Assembly (NCBI GenBank): GCA_043228905.1
Contig: JBHGNT010000001.1
Location: 27,528,001 to 27,592,000, forward strand
Source: Azolla caroliniana
Lineage: Eukaryota; Plantae; Polypodiophyta
DNA length: 64,000 nt
Direction of reading: 5' to 3'
Positions within the stretch are counted from its first letter, which is position 1. Every line of letters starts with the position of its first letter. Under the pieces are notes generated by a model. That model worked only from the letters and a program-made list of their open reading frames with translations, was not told the origin of the DNA and searched no databases. The translations under genes were made by a program, and so were the position numbers. This document shows positions 62,767-64,000 of this stretch, piece by piece.

Positions 62767-63300
62767 TACATTAATTTTTTCATGGATGTACATCATGTAA
62801 AAAATGCATAACTTGTCCAAGCATGAGCGTTATACATGTTCTTCTATACTTGCTATCTTTCCCTTGTTGACGGGCAAAATTTCCAATTCTAATAGATTTA
62901 TCATATTAACTCCTCTTGAGAAAGCTATTAAATTGTCATTGATATACATCATGTAAAAAACATAACTTGTCCAAGCATGAGTGTAGCACATGTTGGTATT
63001 TTTGTCTACGAGGTCTATAATTAAGCATTGTATAATGATAGACTTTTCCAAGCATGACTAGCACACGAGGGTATATTTGTCTATGAAGCCTATTATTAAG
63101 CATGTACATAATGATACACTTGTCCGAGCATGAATATAGCACATGTAGGTAAGTATGAAGCCTATCATTAAGCATGAATGTATCTGTCTATGAAGCCTCT
63201 TGTTAAGCATGTAAATAACAATACACTTGTCCAAGCATGAATACACCACATGTAGGTAAGTATGAAGTCTATTGTTAAGCATGGCATTTACATACGTCAT
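62767..63300. repeat. Degenerate tandem/satellite-like repeats, continuous with 60680-60768
   Basis: Recurrent ACTTGTCCAAGCATGA and ATGAAGCCTATT(A/G)TTAAGCATG. The block ATACTTGCT...GATTTATCATATTAACTCCTCTTGAGAA occurs on both sides of the LINE. Confidence 0.75.
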
Positions 63301-64000
63301 GAAAATGCCTATATGCTTCAAGTGCATAAGTTCCAATATATATTATTGAAAATGTATGTGTTTGATCTCTGACTTGCATGTATATGAACCAAGAGGCCAA
63401 TTTTGAAACAAGATAATCCAACAAACTTTGTATGTTTATCTTCAATGATTTGTTGTTTATTTCTCGTCCTCTCTTTCTCTAGTATTAGCTTATAAATTCT
63501 AAGACCTTATTTTATTTGGTCATTGAATATTTCCCTTTTTAGGGAATAATATTGATTGTCAATTTGTCACTAACATTGATGAAAGATAAATAAAGTGCCT
63601 TGTTTTTTAAGAGATTATATATATATATTGCTGTTATGAAATAATGCATAACATGAGTCATGCTATACTTATCTTAGTCTTAAACTCTAGTTAACAAGAC
63701 TTCATAATGTAAATAGTATGCATGCACCCATCATCTTGTGGGTCATAAACTCATGTATCTCAATCATTTGATATGATATAGAGAAGAGCATAGCGTAAGA
63801 GCTCTATCTAGAGATTGTATTGTGATCTTGATTAATATCTAATCACTCTATTCTATAACAATTGCCCCTTTTTCCATTCTCATTTGCATTGTAGTTTTCA
63901 TGAGTAAAAAAAATGTAAGAGCTATGAAAAAAAAAAACAAAGGTCATCCTATCAATTATAATTTATGAAGTAATGGTTCTCTAAGTGTGTCCTCCTTTTG

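Overview
Eukaryotic nuclear DNA from a land plant. It has spliceosomal introns, plant LTR retrotransposons primed by tRNA-iMet, a PLS-class PPR gene and many microsatellites; the overall style suggests a fern, but that is inference. The first ~21 kb is mostly a retrotransposon nest: a decayed Ty3/Gypsy, an intact Ty1/Copia with apparently identical 673-bp LTRs and a TTCTA target-site duplication (TSD), two decayed Copia relatives, a solo LTR and further remnants. Host genes are three paralogous single-S1-domain proteins with organelle-type presequences (7705-8310 -, 22854-23474 +, 32561-33238 -), a 3-exon glycine-rich protein, organellar GatA (10 exons), a PLS-E PPR, a DUF1992/DNAJC28-like gene and cyclin C (9 exons). 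A 5'-truncated L1 LINE lies near the end. The best candidate for something undescribed is the local S1-domain family, which has telo-box promoters and sits among organellar gene-expression genes. All coordinates and alignments were read by eye; no searches were run.
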